From Candidatus Latescibacterota bacterium (GTDB lineage: Bacteria; Latescibacterota; UBA2968; GCA-2709665): 64,000 bases of DNA. This document shows positions 1 to 9,777 of the stretch, piece by piece. Below the pieces are notes generated by a model. The model was not told the DNA's origin. It saw only the letters and a list, made by a program, of their open reading frames with translations, and did not search any database. The first letter of the stretch is position 1; each line of letters opens with the position of its first letter. The translations under genes were made by a program, and so were the position numbers. The stretch covers positions 2,784,001-2,848,000 of the forward strand of contig OZ250150.1 in the NCBI GenBank assembly GCA_965237675.1, in the 5' to 3' direction.

Positions 1-644
1 GGTACATCGGAGAGTTCATCCACACTGTGATATCCGATGGTCATACTCATGCGCGTGCTGTCTGTGCGGTTCTCACCGATGCCGTGCATTATCATACTGT
101 CGATGACAAGCATGCCTCCCTCGCGCATGGCCGCCAGCAGCGACTGCCCGAGTATGGATTGGGTCGACGTCCGGTCGTAAAGTCGACCTTCGACGCCGGG
201 AAAGTGGTGGGAGCCGGGCACGAGACGTGTGGCGCCGTTTTCGGATGTTGTTTCTTCCAGATAGAAAATTACGGTAAAGATCGTTCGGGACCACTGTCTT
301 ACGTCGCGGTGCAATCCGTCTGGCGGGGTTTCGCCTGACATGTTCAGGGTTGCGTGGTTGTGCCGGTTCTTGACGAGTTCAATATTGGGCCCCATCAGGC
401 ACTCCAGCGGGTCGAGCACCATGGGGCTGGACGCGGTTTCCAGGAAAATCGGGTCTCGGTCCACCAGATCCGAAATTCTGACCACCCGCCCGTCTCTATT
501 CCTCACCAGGGGTTCGACCTCCGCCTCGATATCCGCCAGAATAGCCCGTCGGAGCCTTTCAACGGTCTCTTCGGGAATGCGATCCGGCAGTTTCAAGAAG
601 CCGTTGTGGCGAAACAGGTGTACCTGTTCGGGTGAAAGTGACAT
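1..644 (-). CDS. Phytanoyl-CoA dioxygenase (PhyH) family protein, 3' end runs off window
   Basis: Not in ORF track. Manual translation from ATG at 644 (GGAGG RBS upstream) gives MSLSPEQVHLFRHNGFLKLP...GLHRDVRQW...FYLEETTSENGATRLVPGSH, with HxD and LVPGSH motifs; paralogous to the next gene. Confidence 0.85.
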   Translation of the reverse strand, partial: MSLSPEQVHLFRHNGFLKLPDRIPEETVERLRRAILADIEAEVEPLVRNRDGRVVRISDLVDRDPIFLETASSPMVLDPLECLMGPNIELVKNRHNHATLNMSGETPPDGLHRDVRQWSRTIFTVIFYLEETTSENGATRLVPGSHHFPGVEGRLYDRTSTQSILGQSLLAAMREGGMLVIDSMIMHGIGENRTDSTRMSMTIGYHSVDELSDV

Positions 645-659
645 CGATGCGACCTCCGG

Positions 660-1397
660 TTACGGAGACTGTGGGAAGGGGTGGGGGTGCCCGATGTAGG
701 TTCGTTCGCCGGCCACGAGGATTTTTTCAGGATCCTCCTTGTTGACGTCGTGCGCGTCGTGAGCCTGGTAGCCCAGGGTCATGCTTCTGCGGGAAGCCTC
801 CGTGCCGTTGACGCCGGCACCGTGGAAACAGCAGTCGTTGAAGAGCAGAACACCGCCCCGGGGCATCGGCACCGGAAGGGATTTGTGGAAGAGAGCGCAG
901 GTTTCGAATCCCTCGTTCGGCCGGCGACCGCGCTGAAAGGGGCGTTGATGGCTGCCTGGCACGATGCGGACGCAGCCGTTCTCCAGGGTGGATTCTTCGA
1001 GGTAGACGAGGGCGGTGACCAGCGTGGGATGGTAGGGTTCTTCCCCGCTGTGCCAGTATACGTGTTCGGAACCGGGCGGGCGGACCATAATGTGGTTGTG
1101 TTTGTTTGTGAGCAATTCGATATTGGGCCCGAGGATGGATGCCAGTGGATCCAAGATAAATGGATGCGTGGCTGCTTCCAGGTAACCAGGGTCACGGGAG
1201 AGAATTTTTGAGAGCCGCCGCACGTCACCTGGCTCGCGTGAACCGGTTTTCTCCCATACAAGCGGCTCGATCATCCCGTTGATCTGTTCGTCCGTGGTCG
1301 TGTTCAGGCGGTCAATCAGGTCGCCCGGCAGGGGTTCCGGCGCCCTGTAAAAGCCGGTCTGGTTGAAATACCAGAGATCCTCTTCGGTCAGATTCAA
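660..1397 (-). CDS. Phytanoyl-CoA dioxygenase (PhyH) family protein
   Basis: FNQTGF N-terminus, LVYLEESTLENGCVRIVPGSH, FHGAGVNGTEASRRS typical of PhyH 2OG-Fe(II) dioxygenases. Confidence 0.85.
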   Translation of the reverse strand: MNLTEEDLWYFNQTGFYRAPEPLPGDLIDRLNTTTDEQINGMIEPLVWEKTGSREPGDVRRLSKILSRDPGYLEAATHPFILDPLASILGPNIELLTNKHNHIMVRPPGSEHVYWHSGEEPYHPTLVTALVYLEESTLENGCVRIVPGSHQRPFQRGRRPNEGFETCALFHKSLPVPMPRGGVLLFNDCCFHGAGVNGTEASRRSMTLGYQAHDAHDVNKEDPEKILVAGERTYIGHPHPFPQSP

Positions 1398-1755
1398 AGC
1401 GTTCTCCAGTAATTTGTGGAAGATGGAGCCGTCAATTTCGGGATACGGGGTTCCATTGGCATGTTATATTGGTTTCAGACCCCATGTCAAGGGTATTCTG
1501 GATGTCCGAGCAGAGGATGGCAGCGTGTCGGACCGAGTCCCGGCGCTGGCGGATGGAGACGAGGTGACGCCGGTCATTTTTACTGTGGCGTGAATTTAAA
1601 AAAGTGTTATATTTATGTGCTTGAAGTGTTTGATGCCCACGCCGATCGGGCGTCTACACGTTGATGACCCGTCAGGGTGGATAGACGATCTGCTACGGTT
1701 GTGCGGCCGTTCCTGAAGAGGCGGTCTTTTTACGTGTTCTTGAAAGGGTTGTTAC

Positions 1756-3597
1756 ATGCCGAATGCGTTGCTGGTAAGTCCCCAGAATCCTGTTACTTTC
1801 TGGAGTTTTGACGAAGCTCTGAAAATGATCGACAAGAAGGTCGCATTTCCGCCGCTGGGGTTGTTGACCATTGCCGGGATGATTCCCAACACTTACGAAT
1901 TGCGAATGGTGGATATGAATGCGCGCCCGCTCATGGACGAGGATATCGAGTGGGCCGATATTGTAATTACGTCGTCGATGATTATTCACTGGCACTCGTT
2001 GGAAGACGTGATCGCGCGCAGCAACCGGATGGGCGTGCCGGTTTTGAACGGCGGGCCCTTGCCAACCCAATACTGTGAAGAGATCGAGGGCGATGCCGTT
2101 TTTTACCTGGGGGAAGCGGAAAACGGGTTTACGGATATCGTAGACCGTCTCGCCGCCCGGTCCGGTAACGTCGAACGGGAATATGTGGATCGCCGCGGCA
2201 AATTTCAGGATCTGGCTGTCACGCCATTGCCGCGCTGGTCCCTCATCGATTCTAATGACTATAGCAACATGGTTATTCAGGTCACGCGTGGCTGCCCCGA
2301 GAGCTGTACCTTCTGCAACATTCCGTCGCTATATGGCAAAACGACACGGCTGAAGAGCAAGAGCAGAATGGTTCAGGAACTGGATGCGATCTACGATACG
2401 GGCTGGCGGGGTGCGGTGATGGCGGTGGACGATAATTTCGTGGGTAACAGGGATGCAATTCGGCACGCGCTCGAGGATGAGGTCGTGCCGTGGCAGCAGG
2501 AGCGCGGCTATCCGTTTCAGTTCCACACCCAGGCCAGCATCCGGGTCAGCGACGATCCGGAATTGCTCGAGGCCATGTATCATGCGGGCTTCGACAAAGT
2601 GTTCGCCGGGATTGAGTCTCCCGTTGAAGAGAGCCTGAAATTCATGGGAGCCCAGAAGAATTTACAGGGTAATACCTCGCTGATGGACAAGGTCAAGATT
2701 CTTCAACGAACCGGGTTCGAGGTGCAGGCGGGATTCATTATCGGGCTGGACACCGACCCCGACGATATCGCGGACCTCACCATCGCCTTCATTCGTGAGG
2801 CGGGCATCCCGGTGGCCATGGTAGGCATTCTGGGGGTACTGCGCGATACACCCGACTACAAGAGGTTCAGCCGGCAGGGGCGGCTGGTGGAGGGCGCAAA
2901 GTACACCGGCGACTCTGGAATCTTCAGCCGGGAACTTAGTTACGTGCCGCTGATCGACCCGGATACACTTCTGGAACGCCACCGGATGACGGTGGAGACG
3001 TTAAACAGTCCCGAGGCCTTTTTTGAACGGTGCCTCACGTTCCTGAATCACCGGCAGCGTCAACCAATATGCAGGGGACCCATTCGGATGCTCGAGGTCA
3101 AGGCGTTTTTCCGGTCGATCTGGCGGCAGGGCATTTGGGGTCACAATTACCGGGGGAAGTACTGGAAGTTTCTGCTGGACGTTTTGTTCAGACATCCCGC
3201 CAGTTTTCCGGATGCGGTGCGCTTGGCGGTGCAGGGTCATCATCTGATTCTGACCACGCAGCGCGCATTGCAGGTGGATGAAGTAAAGACGTTTCTGGAT
3301 GAGGCGCTCGAGCATCTGAAGCATTTTCGAAATGGATATCGCGCGACCTACCGGAAAAACATGGGCACGTACGCCAGCAATCTCATGCGGGCGGCACACC
3401 GCCGCTTCGAACATTTCCAGGATGACCACCGTACCCTTCAACACCATGCCTCCGTACTCCGCATGGCCGCCCAGGAGTGCTATCAGGCAACGTGCGAGGA
3501 GTTCCGACATCAGATCCAGGAGCCTCTGGATCGTTTTCAGCAGGATACGGAACACGTGCTGCAATCCTTCGCGACCGAGCAAACCGCCCTTCAATAG
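1756..3597 (+). CDS. B12-binding radical SAM protein (DUF4070-type C-terminus)
   Basis: FPPLGLLTIA cobalamin-binding N-terminus, TRGCPESCTFC (CxxxCxxC), VDDNF, FIIGLDTD. Confidence 0.85.
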   Translation: MPNALLVSPQNPVTFWSFDEALKMIDKKVAFPPLGLLTIAGMIPNTYELRMVDMNARPLMDEDIEWADIVITSSMIIHWHSLEDVIARSNRMGVPVLNGGPLPTQYCEEIEGDAVFYLGEAENGFTDIVDRLAARSGNVEREYVDRRGKFQDLAVTPLPRWSLIDSNDYSNMVIQVTRGCPESCTFCNIPSLYGKTTRLKSKSRMVQELDAIYDTGWRGAVMAVDDNFVGNRDAIRHALEDEVVPWQQERGYPFQFHTQASIRVSDDPELLEAMYHAGFDKVFAGIESPVEESLKFMGAQKNLQGNTSLMDKVKILQRTGFEVQAGFIIGLDTDPDDIADLTIAFIREAGIPVAMVGILGVLRDTPDYKRFSRQGRLVEGAKYTGDSGIFSRELSYVPLIDPDTLLERHRMTVETLNSPEAFFERCLTFLNHRQRQPICRGPIRMLEVKAFFRSIWRQGIWGHNYRGKYWKFLLDVLFRHPASFPDAVRLAVQGHHLILTTQRALQVDEVKTFLDEALEHLKHFRNGYRATYRKNMGTYASNLMRAAHRRFEHFQDDHRTLQHHASVLRMAAQECYQATCEEFRHQIQEPLDRFQQDTEHVLQSFATEQTALQ

Positions 3598-3672
3598 CCT
3601 TAGGCGCCGTTCTACTCCCGGACGTCAGCAGAAAACCGTGTTTCTGACCACACCCGGGCGTGGCGAGGCGCC

Positions 3673-4888
3673 TTATAGTTTCCAGTACTCGTCGATGTCG
3701 CGCTGGTAGGCATTAATCGTGCCCGTCAGCACGTCATTGACTTTGACAATCTGTCCGGATTTTCCGGATTCGTACAACGCTTCGCTTACCGCTTTGCTGC
3801 GCAGTCCTTCCTCGGCATCGATTTCCACGTTGCGCCCGGTGCTTATCGCGTCGATGAAGTCCCAGAGTTCCAGGGGCATGCCGCCGGTGAGGCCGTTGGG
3901 AAACAGGCGTTCGTTCTCTTCTTTGCACAGGCTCTTCCGAAACATATCCACAACTCTTTCCATGCTGTAGGAAACGCCATCCAGGAGTTGGCACTCGCCG
4001 CGATGCGTGCTTGCCGCAGGATGGAAGATATCGTATTCCACGATGGTGCCCTTGCTGCCGGTCAGGCTGAGTTGGAGAAATCCTTTTCCCGGTGCGCTGT
4101 TGGTCCAGGACCACGTGCCAATAACGCCGCTCTTGAAGTTGAAAATGCTGGTCCAGAAGTCTTCTCGCGTGTCGTTGACGATCCTGCCCCCTTTCCTGTG
4201 TGGGCGTTTTTCGAATTGTTTCACGCGGGCGTAAACGCTCTGAACGTCGCCAAACCAGTAGCGCATCGTGTCCACCCAGTGGGCGCCGCTGTCCATTAGC
4301 ATGCCGCATCCGCCCAGGTGGCGGTCTACCCGCCAGTGCCAGGCCGGGATGTTTTTGGGGTCTTGCCACGAGGCGCTGGCGGCCAGCCAGAACCCGGGGG
4401 GTCCCCAGCAGGCCGCCCGAGTTAAACGCCCACTGGATGGCGCGTTGTCCCACGCTGCGGCGGCATTGTTCGGCCGTCGCGGCAATGCGTTTGTGTTTTT
4501 TTGCTGCTGCGATGATTTTTTTTGTGGCTTTCACGGTGATACCGATGGGTTTTTCGCAGAGAATGTGCACGCCGCCGGCAAGGAGTTCGCAGGCAAGGAC
4601 GTGATGCAGGCCGTGGGGCCCGCAGATGTCGGCGCCATCCAGGTGATTCTCGCCGTTGAGCAATTCATCCACACTTCTGTAGGCGTTTACCGGCTGGCCG
4701 GCGTGGCTTTCGATCCGGTCTGCCATGGCTCTGGCGCGTTCCGGGACGTCGTCTACGGTGGCGACGATGCGGAAGCGCGTTTCGTTCTTTTCGAGGAGTT
4801 CGGCGTAACCCCTGAGATGCGCGCCGGCAATGCCACCGCAGCCTACGATGGCGAGGTTGACCTGTCTGCCATTGGGCTGTTTGGCCAT
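3673..4888 (-). pseudogene. Gfo/Idh/MocA oxidoreductase split by a single frameshift near 4393
   Basis: N-half (GCGGIA, CEKP) lies in ORF 3734..4975 from ATG 4888; C-half (WHWRVDRHLGGCGMLMDSGAHWVD) lies in ORF 3673..4485; the frames switch at the C6G3 run. Confidence 0.75.
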
Positions 4889-5112
4889 AGCATTTCCTTT
4901 CTGTCGTACGGTTGCGGTCAATGATGACGATTGCCGGTGGACACGGCCAGCTTTCCGGTTCTCGGCGGCATTCATATTACCCGGTTTGCATGATTTGTCA
5001 AGTCGTTTGTTCGCGCTGTAGAAAGGCCCTGCCGGAACCGGACGTTCTGATTTCTTCGTGTCTTGGCGTCATTGTGTCTCTATGTGAGATCTTTTTCAGG
5101 AGGTAAATTGAA

Positions 5113-5982
5113 ATGCTGATCGACGCCCACAACCACCCGAATTGGCACGGTTACGATGCAAAGAAAATCCTGAACAATATGGATGAGCAGGGCATCGACC
5201 GGATGTGGTTGTTTACCTGGGAGGTGCCGGAAAACGAATATGATCCTTCCTACCACAAAGCCCTGCCTCCCGGTGGTGTGGGCATTCCGCTCGAAGACGT
5301 GTTACAGGTGGGACGCGAGGCGCGCGACCGTTTCGTACTGGGCTACTTCCCGCACCCCAAACGGCCGGACGCGGCGGACCGCCTGCGGGCGGCGCATGAG
5401 ATTCATGGTATTCAGGTCGCCAGTGAGATGAAGGTGCGCGTGTTGTTCGACGATCCGGATGCGATTCAGCTCTATAACGCATGCGCGGAGATGAAGCTGC
5501 CCATTACAATCCACCTTGATTATCCCATCAATCATGGCCGGGGGAACTATCCCAGGCCGAACTACTGGTACGGCGGGAGTATCGAGGCGTTCGAGCGGGC
5601 GATCGTAGCGTGCCCTGAAACGACGTTCATCGGTCACGCGCCGGGGTTCTGGGCTCACATCTCGGGAGACGATCTCTACGATAAGGAGTCCTATCCCCGT
5701 GCGCCGGTGCTTCCGGGGGGAAAACTGTGGGATATGATGCGGCAGTACGATAATCTGTGGGCGGACCTCTCGGCGGGTTCGGCGCTGAATGCCCTCAAGC
5801 GGGACCCTGAGGCCGGAAAGAAATTCCTGATTGAGTTTCAGGATAAGCTCCTGTGGGGGCGGGACTATTTCGACACGGCGCTGATGGATTTTTTCCAGCC
5901 ACTGTCATTGCCGAAGGACGCGTATGACAAGATAACATATCGGAATGCGCTGCGAATCCTGGGGGAATCTCTTCACAGATAG
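5113..5982 (+). CDS. Amidohydrolase family (Amidohydro_2) protein
   Basis: IDAHNH metal motif, ITIH, IGHAPG, LLWGRD; AGGAGG RBS. Confidence 0.85.
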   Translation: MLIDAHNHPNWHGYDAKKILNNMDEQGIDRMWLFTWEVPENEYDPSYHKALPPGGVGIPLEDVLQVGREARDRFVLGYFPHPKRPDAADRLRAAHEIHGIQVASEMKVRVLFDDPDAIQLYNACAEMKLPITIHLDYPINHGRGNYPRPNYWYGGSIEAFERAIVACPETTFIGHAPGFWAHISGDDLYDKESYPRAPVLPGGKLWDMMRQYDNLWADLSAGSALNALKRDPEAGKKFLIEFQDKLLWGRDYFDTALMDFFQPLSLPKDAYDKITYRNALRILGESLHR

Positions 5983-6073
5983 GTGGGAAAATCAGGAATC
6001 ATAAACGCCTCCGCAGGATCCCATCCGGAGGCGTTACCGTTATTTTCCTGGTGCATTCGTGTTGTCGGCCAGG

Positions 6074-7192
6074 TTATGCTCTGACGAATTCCGAGAGCTT
6101 CCGGGCATAGGCCGCGTTGCCATATTCTTTCAAGACGCGTTCCTGCGCGCGCGCCGCGGCCTGTTCGCGTTCGGTGTCGTGGGCAAGCCACCAACGGGCC
6201 TTTTCCCGGAGTTCCTCCAGGGTGGTCCACGTGTCGATTTCCGTCCCTATGTCGAAGATGTCCTCAATGCCTTCGACATGGTCGGTGAGCATGAATCCGC
6301 CGCTTCCGGTGATGGCGGTGTCTCGTTGGTTCAGATAACCGAACGCGTCGGGCGAATTGTGCTGGTTGATATTGATCTTTGAGGCCCTGTATACGCCCGG
6401 AAGTTCCGCATAACTCCGGAAGCCGCGATAGGAAAACCGGGGCAGGTCCTGGAACGTGCCGAATCCCAGGCCGCCGTAGACGTGGATCCGTCCCAGGTCC
6501 TTGAGTGCGGCGACCACTTCCTGCCTCAGGGCGCGCTGTTGTGGAAAGGGGATGGTGTGCGTAATGCGCTTGACCAGATCATCGGATTCCAGGTACTCTT
6601 CCGGGCTGCCGCCTTCCTTCGTGTAGAGAGACATGACGGTGATGGAAAAGTCACATCGTTCGTGCGGCGCAGGTCTGGCGATGTGATGCAGTTCCATCGC
6701 AGGGGGAGGATAGAGCGCGATGGCTTTTATTCCACGTTTGGCATAGACATCGATGCTCTGTTTGCAACATGTGGCCGCATATTCGAACTCTTCCGTGAAA
6801 TGGGGGCTTCGCAGCAGGTCCCACGGATCGTCCTGGGCGTGGGTGACGGTTTTGCACCAGGGGAATCTCTCTCGTAATTCCGCGATAAGGCCCCGCGGCC
6901 GGTCGTCTTTGCTGAACCACCAGATGAGCAGTTCCGGTTCGTGTTCCGCGATAATCTCGAACAGGCCGTCTTGAAAAGCGCCGACGTCCCTGTATTTCCT
7001 GTCCCACGTTTCGTGTGGGGGGATAATGTCGGCCTCCTCCTTTGCCAGTGCGATATCCGCCTCCAGTTGGGCTTCAATGCACCCGCGCGTGGGCTGATAG
7101 AGCACCTCGTAGCCGATACGTTTAAATCCGTGTCGAATGCTCCAGAGAGACTGGCCCGGTTGGAATCCGCCCATTAAGAGAACCTTAGGCAT
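6074..7192 (-). CDS. CgeB-like glycosyltransferase (Glyco_trans_1_2)
   Basis: C-terminal YRASKININ...LNQRDTAITGSGGFMLTD...EREQAAARAQERVLKEY pattern. Confidence 0.75.
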   Translation of the reverse strand: MPKVLLMGGFQPGQSLWSIRHGFKRIGYEVLYQPTRGCIEAQLEADIALAKEEADIIPPHETWDRKYRDVGAFQDGLFEIIAEHEPELLIWWFSKDDRPRGLIAELRERFPWCKTVTHAQDDPWDLLRSPHFTEEFEYAATCCKQSIDVYAKRGIKAIALYPPPAMELHHIARPAPHERCDFSITVMSLYTKEGGSPEEYLESDDLVKRITHTIPFPQQRALRQEVVAALKDLGRIHVYGGLGFGTFQDLPRFSYRGFRSYAELPGVYRASKININQHNSPDAFGYLNQRDTAITGSGGFMLTDHVEGIEDIFDIGTEIDTWTTLEELREKARWWLAHDTEREQAAARAQERVLKEYGNAAYARKLSEFVRA

Positions 7193-7309
7193 TGAGGTTT
7201 CCTTTCAAGTCAGGCATCAGGCCTGTGTGAGGTACTCCTGCCGCGAGGGGCATGATTTAGAGGGGAAAGGCGAATGACGGATCATGCTCTGGGCCTAAGA
7301 GTTCATTTT

Positions 7310-8150
7310 TCTCGCCAAAGAAAAGGGCCAAAAAGAACGGCGCCGCTCGGCGCGGGGCCGGTTTTTCCGCGAATCTCCTTAGTGGAGAAATCGTGAGACA
7401 TTGCCCTGAGACCGCCTGTGCATACACGAGGCGACACGGCTGGACGGAAAGGCGCGGAAAAACCCCCCACGCCACAACCGGGCGGCCGTGAGGCAGAACG
7501 GACGGGCTGCCTCGCAATTTGGCTTCGAACCGCTGTTGTCGCATTTCGCGACACCTGGAAGCGCGGGCGTAGCGCCGCCGTTGCATTTGTAGGGGCAACC
7601 CTCAGGGTTGCCCGCGTAAGGGCGAAGTTATCGGAAATTGTCTTGGCCAGGCCATATCGCAACGGACTCTCGCCGGGTTAAAGCGGACTGCTGTACGCCA
7701 ATAGCTGTTTTTGCTTCTCGCTTTCAGGAAGCCACGCCGGTTTCGAACGTGATGTGTTTCCAAAGCGAGATCAGAGCAGAGCGCGCGGTTCCGTCCAGCG
7801 CCGAGAACCGTTGTTCTTCCGTGGCTGACAGGGCAGCAGGTTCGGTGCGTCCCGTGAGGCGATTCGCGCTGTGTAGTTGCACGGCCCCGCGCCGAGCGGC
7901 GACTTTTGGTCCCGAAAATCAGTGAGAAGCAAGAGGCGAGAAGTGAGAAGGGTTGGTAACATTGTCCGATGACACCCCTGTATCCAGATTCTCGCCTACA
8001 AGAAGCCAAAGGGGTCTCGATTGTGGAACACAAACGCGGACAAGAGATCAGGGGGACGAGTGGTGCACTCTTACTTCTAACGTCTCACGTCTGGCCGCTT
8101 TTGGGAACCCGCCGGAGGCAGGGAATTTGGGGAGAAATGGATGTTGAATT
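7310..8150. repeat. Modular long inverted-arm intergenic element, copy A
   Basis: Perfect 20-bp IR 7341-7360/7882-7901; complementary anchors GCGAATC, TGCCCTG, GCTGGACGGA in both arms; 32-bp tail 8104-8135 identical to 12119-12150 and 48894-48925. Confidence 0.85.
7589..7613 (+). repeat. GTAG-type REP palindrome inside element A
   Basis: GTAGGGGCAACCCTCAGGGTTGCCC; near-identical to copies at 39889, 42662, 43043 and 49363. Confidence 0.8.
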
Positions 8151-8429
8151 TGCTTTTCTCCTTTTCCTTTGGCCCCCGCGCCGACGCGAGGAAACCGGAT
8201 CCCTCTCGCGGGCGTATAAATGTACAGGAGCGGAACCCGTCGATTCAGGCCACGATCCTGGACTCTCTGGCGTCCGGCGATGGCCAAAAGATAGGGGAAT
8301 CGATGTTCTCGCGAAAGACGAAAGCGGTCCGGTCTTCACACCTCGCCTTTTGAGTTGCCAGCGCGGGATTATTGCCCCTGTTTGGAAGCGCACGCCTTCG
8401 CGGGTGGCACGTCGAACGGAGGTGTTACG

Positions 8430-9278
8430 TTGACAACGGACACAGATCTGGCAGCGCTCCGGTCCTCAATGCGTTCATGGTGGTCGACCGCCGGTCATCG
8501 GTTTCTTCCGCCTGCGCTTATCACCTGCATTCTGATTGGCAGCCAGATTACGTTTGGAATTCTCGAGGGTTTTTCTAAAACCGCGTTGGCCATCTTGGTG
8601 GCAATTGGCGCGGAGGCGGTGCTGGGTTGGCTCGATGGGAGCCGCAAGCCGAATTTTGCAAGCGGGTACATCACCGGAATCAGCGTGGGGATTCTCATCC
8701 GGTCGCTTTGGCTCTGGCCCTACGCGCTTTGCAGCCTGGTGTCAATACTGTCCAAATATGTGATCCGTTGGCGCGGGCGGCATCTCTGGAACCCCTCCAA
8801 TCTCGGCGTGAGCGCGATGTTCTTCCTGGCGCCCGAGCTGGCGGCGGGGCTGAGCATTCAGTGGGGAAACGCCGTCTGGGTCATGCTGGTGATCTGGGTC
8901 TTTGGCTGGATGGCGGTCTGGCGGGTAAAGCGGTTGCATATCTGCCTGACGTACGTCGTATCGTTCCTCGCGCTGGGGTTTGTTCGAAGTCTTGTAACGG
9001 GGCAGGCGTATCTGGCTGGCATCGCGCCCATTACGGGGCCGATGTACCAACTGTTTATTTTCTTTATGATTACCGATCCAAAGACAACGGTGAAGACAAC
9101 GCGGGGACAGTGCGGGGTTGCGTTTACCGTGGCTGCGGTGGAGGCCGTGTTGCGTCTGCACGAACAGGTTTATGCCCCGTTCTATGCGCTATTCCTCGTG
9201 GGACCCCTCGCAAACGCCGCGGAAATCTGGTTGGCGACCCGTGCATCCGTACCGAAAAATAATGGAGCGCACGGGTAG
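8430..9278 (+). CDS. RnfD/NqrB-like (UnbU-like) multi-pass membrane protein
   Basis: Hydrophobic helices with SKYVIRWRGRHLWNPSN and FFMITDPKT motifs; TTG start after GGAGG. Confidence 0.7.
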   Translation: MTTDTDLAALRSSMRSWWSTAGHRFLPPALITCILIGSQITFGILEGFSKTALAILVAIGAEAVLGWLDGSRKPNFASGYITGISVGILIRSLWLWPYALCSLVSILSKYVIRWRGRHLWNPSNLGVSAMFFLAPELAAGLSIQWGNAVWVMLVIWVFGWMAVWRVKRLHICLTYVVSFLALGFVRSLVTGQAYLAGIAPITGPMYQLFIFFMITDPKTTVKTTRGQCGVAFTVAAVEAVLRLHEQVYAPFYALFLVGPLANAAEIWLATRASVPKNNGAHG

Positions 9279-9319
9279 ATCCGAAGGCCGATGAAGTCAT
9301 CAACTGCAAGGAGGTAGCG

Positions 9320-9631
9320 ATGAAAATCGAAATTAAGGGGAAACACTTTGAGGTTTCCAGCCGCTTGCGGGAATATATCGAAAAAGAAACAGAAAAGCTG
9401 AATCAGTATTATGAACCGATTCTGGACGCGCGATTGACGCTGGAGCGGGAGAATCGGATGTACAAGGTCGAGATTGTGGTGCACGTTCATAGCCATATCT
9501 TGAAGGCCACTGACGAACAGGATGTCATTCATCCCGCGATTGGCGGCGCCATCCACAAGATGGTTCGACAGCTCAAGCGGGCGAAGGAAAGACAGCGCAG
9601 GCCGCGCGTTCCCGCCCCGGACCCGGATTGA
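9320..9631 (+). CDS. hpf: Ribosome hibernation promoting factor (HPF/RaiA)
   Basis: MKIEIKGKHFEVSSRLREYIEKE...AIHKMVRQLKR; AAGGAGG RBS. Confidence 0.9.
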   Translation: MKIEIKGKHFEVSSRLREYIEKETEKLNQYYEPILDARLTLERENRMYKVEIVVHVHSHILKATDEQDVIHPAIGGAIHKMVRQLKRAKERQRRPRVPAPDPD

Positions 9632-9649
9632 TCACAGACAGGTGGAGCG

Positions 9650-9690
9650 AACCCCTCCCAGTGGCGGCAACCGTCCAGGGAGGGGTTTTT
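9650..9690 (+). terminator. Intrinsic terminator after hpf
   Basis: AACCCCTCCC...GGGAGGGGTT stem followed by T-run. Confidence 0.7.
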
Positions 9691-9777
9691 GTGTCTGCGT
9701 CGATAGTGTGGTTCCCGGGCAAGAAAACGAAACGCGCCTGTGCGCATGTTTCGATGCGCCGCCGGTTCGCTGTTCAA

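Noticed and set aside
1595-1755. Cobalamin or SAM riboswitch upstream of the B12 radical SAM gene
   Set aside because: No B12-box or SAM-I consensus could be identified.
7257-8433. Short ORFs within element A (and equivalents at 11317-12023, 42285-43157, 48246-49484)
   Set aside because: Overlap in all frames, have no RBS or family motifs, and their mutual similarity is explained by the DNA repeat.
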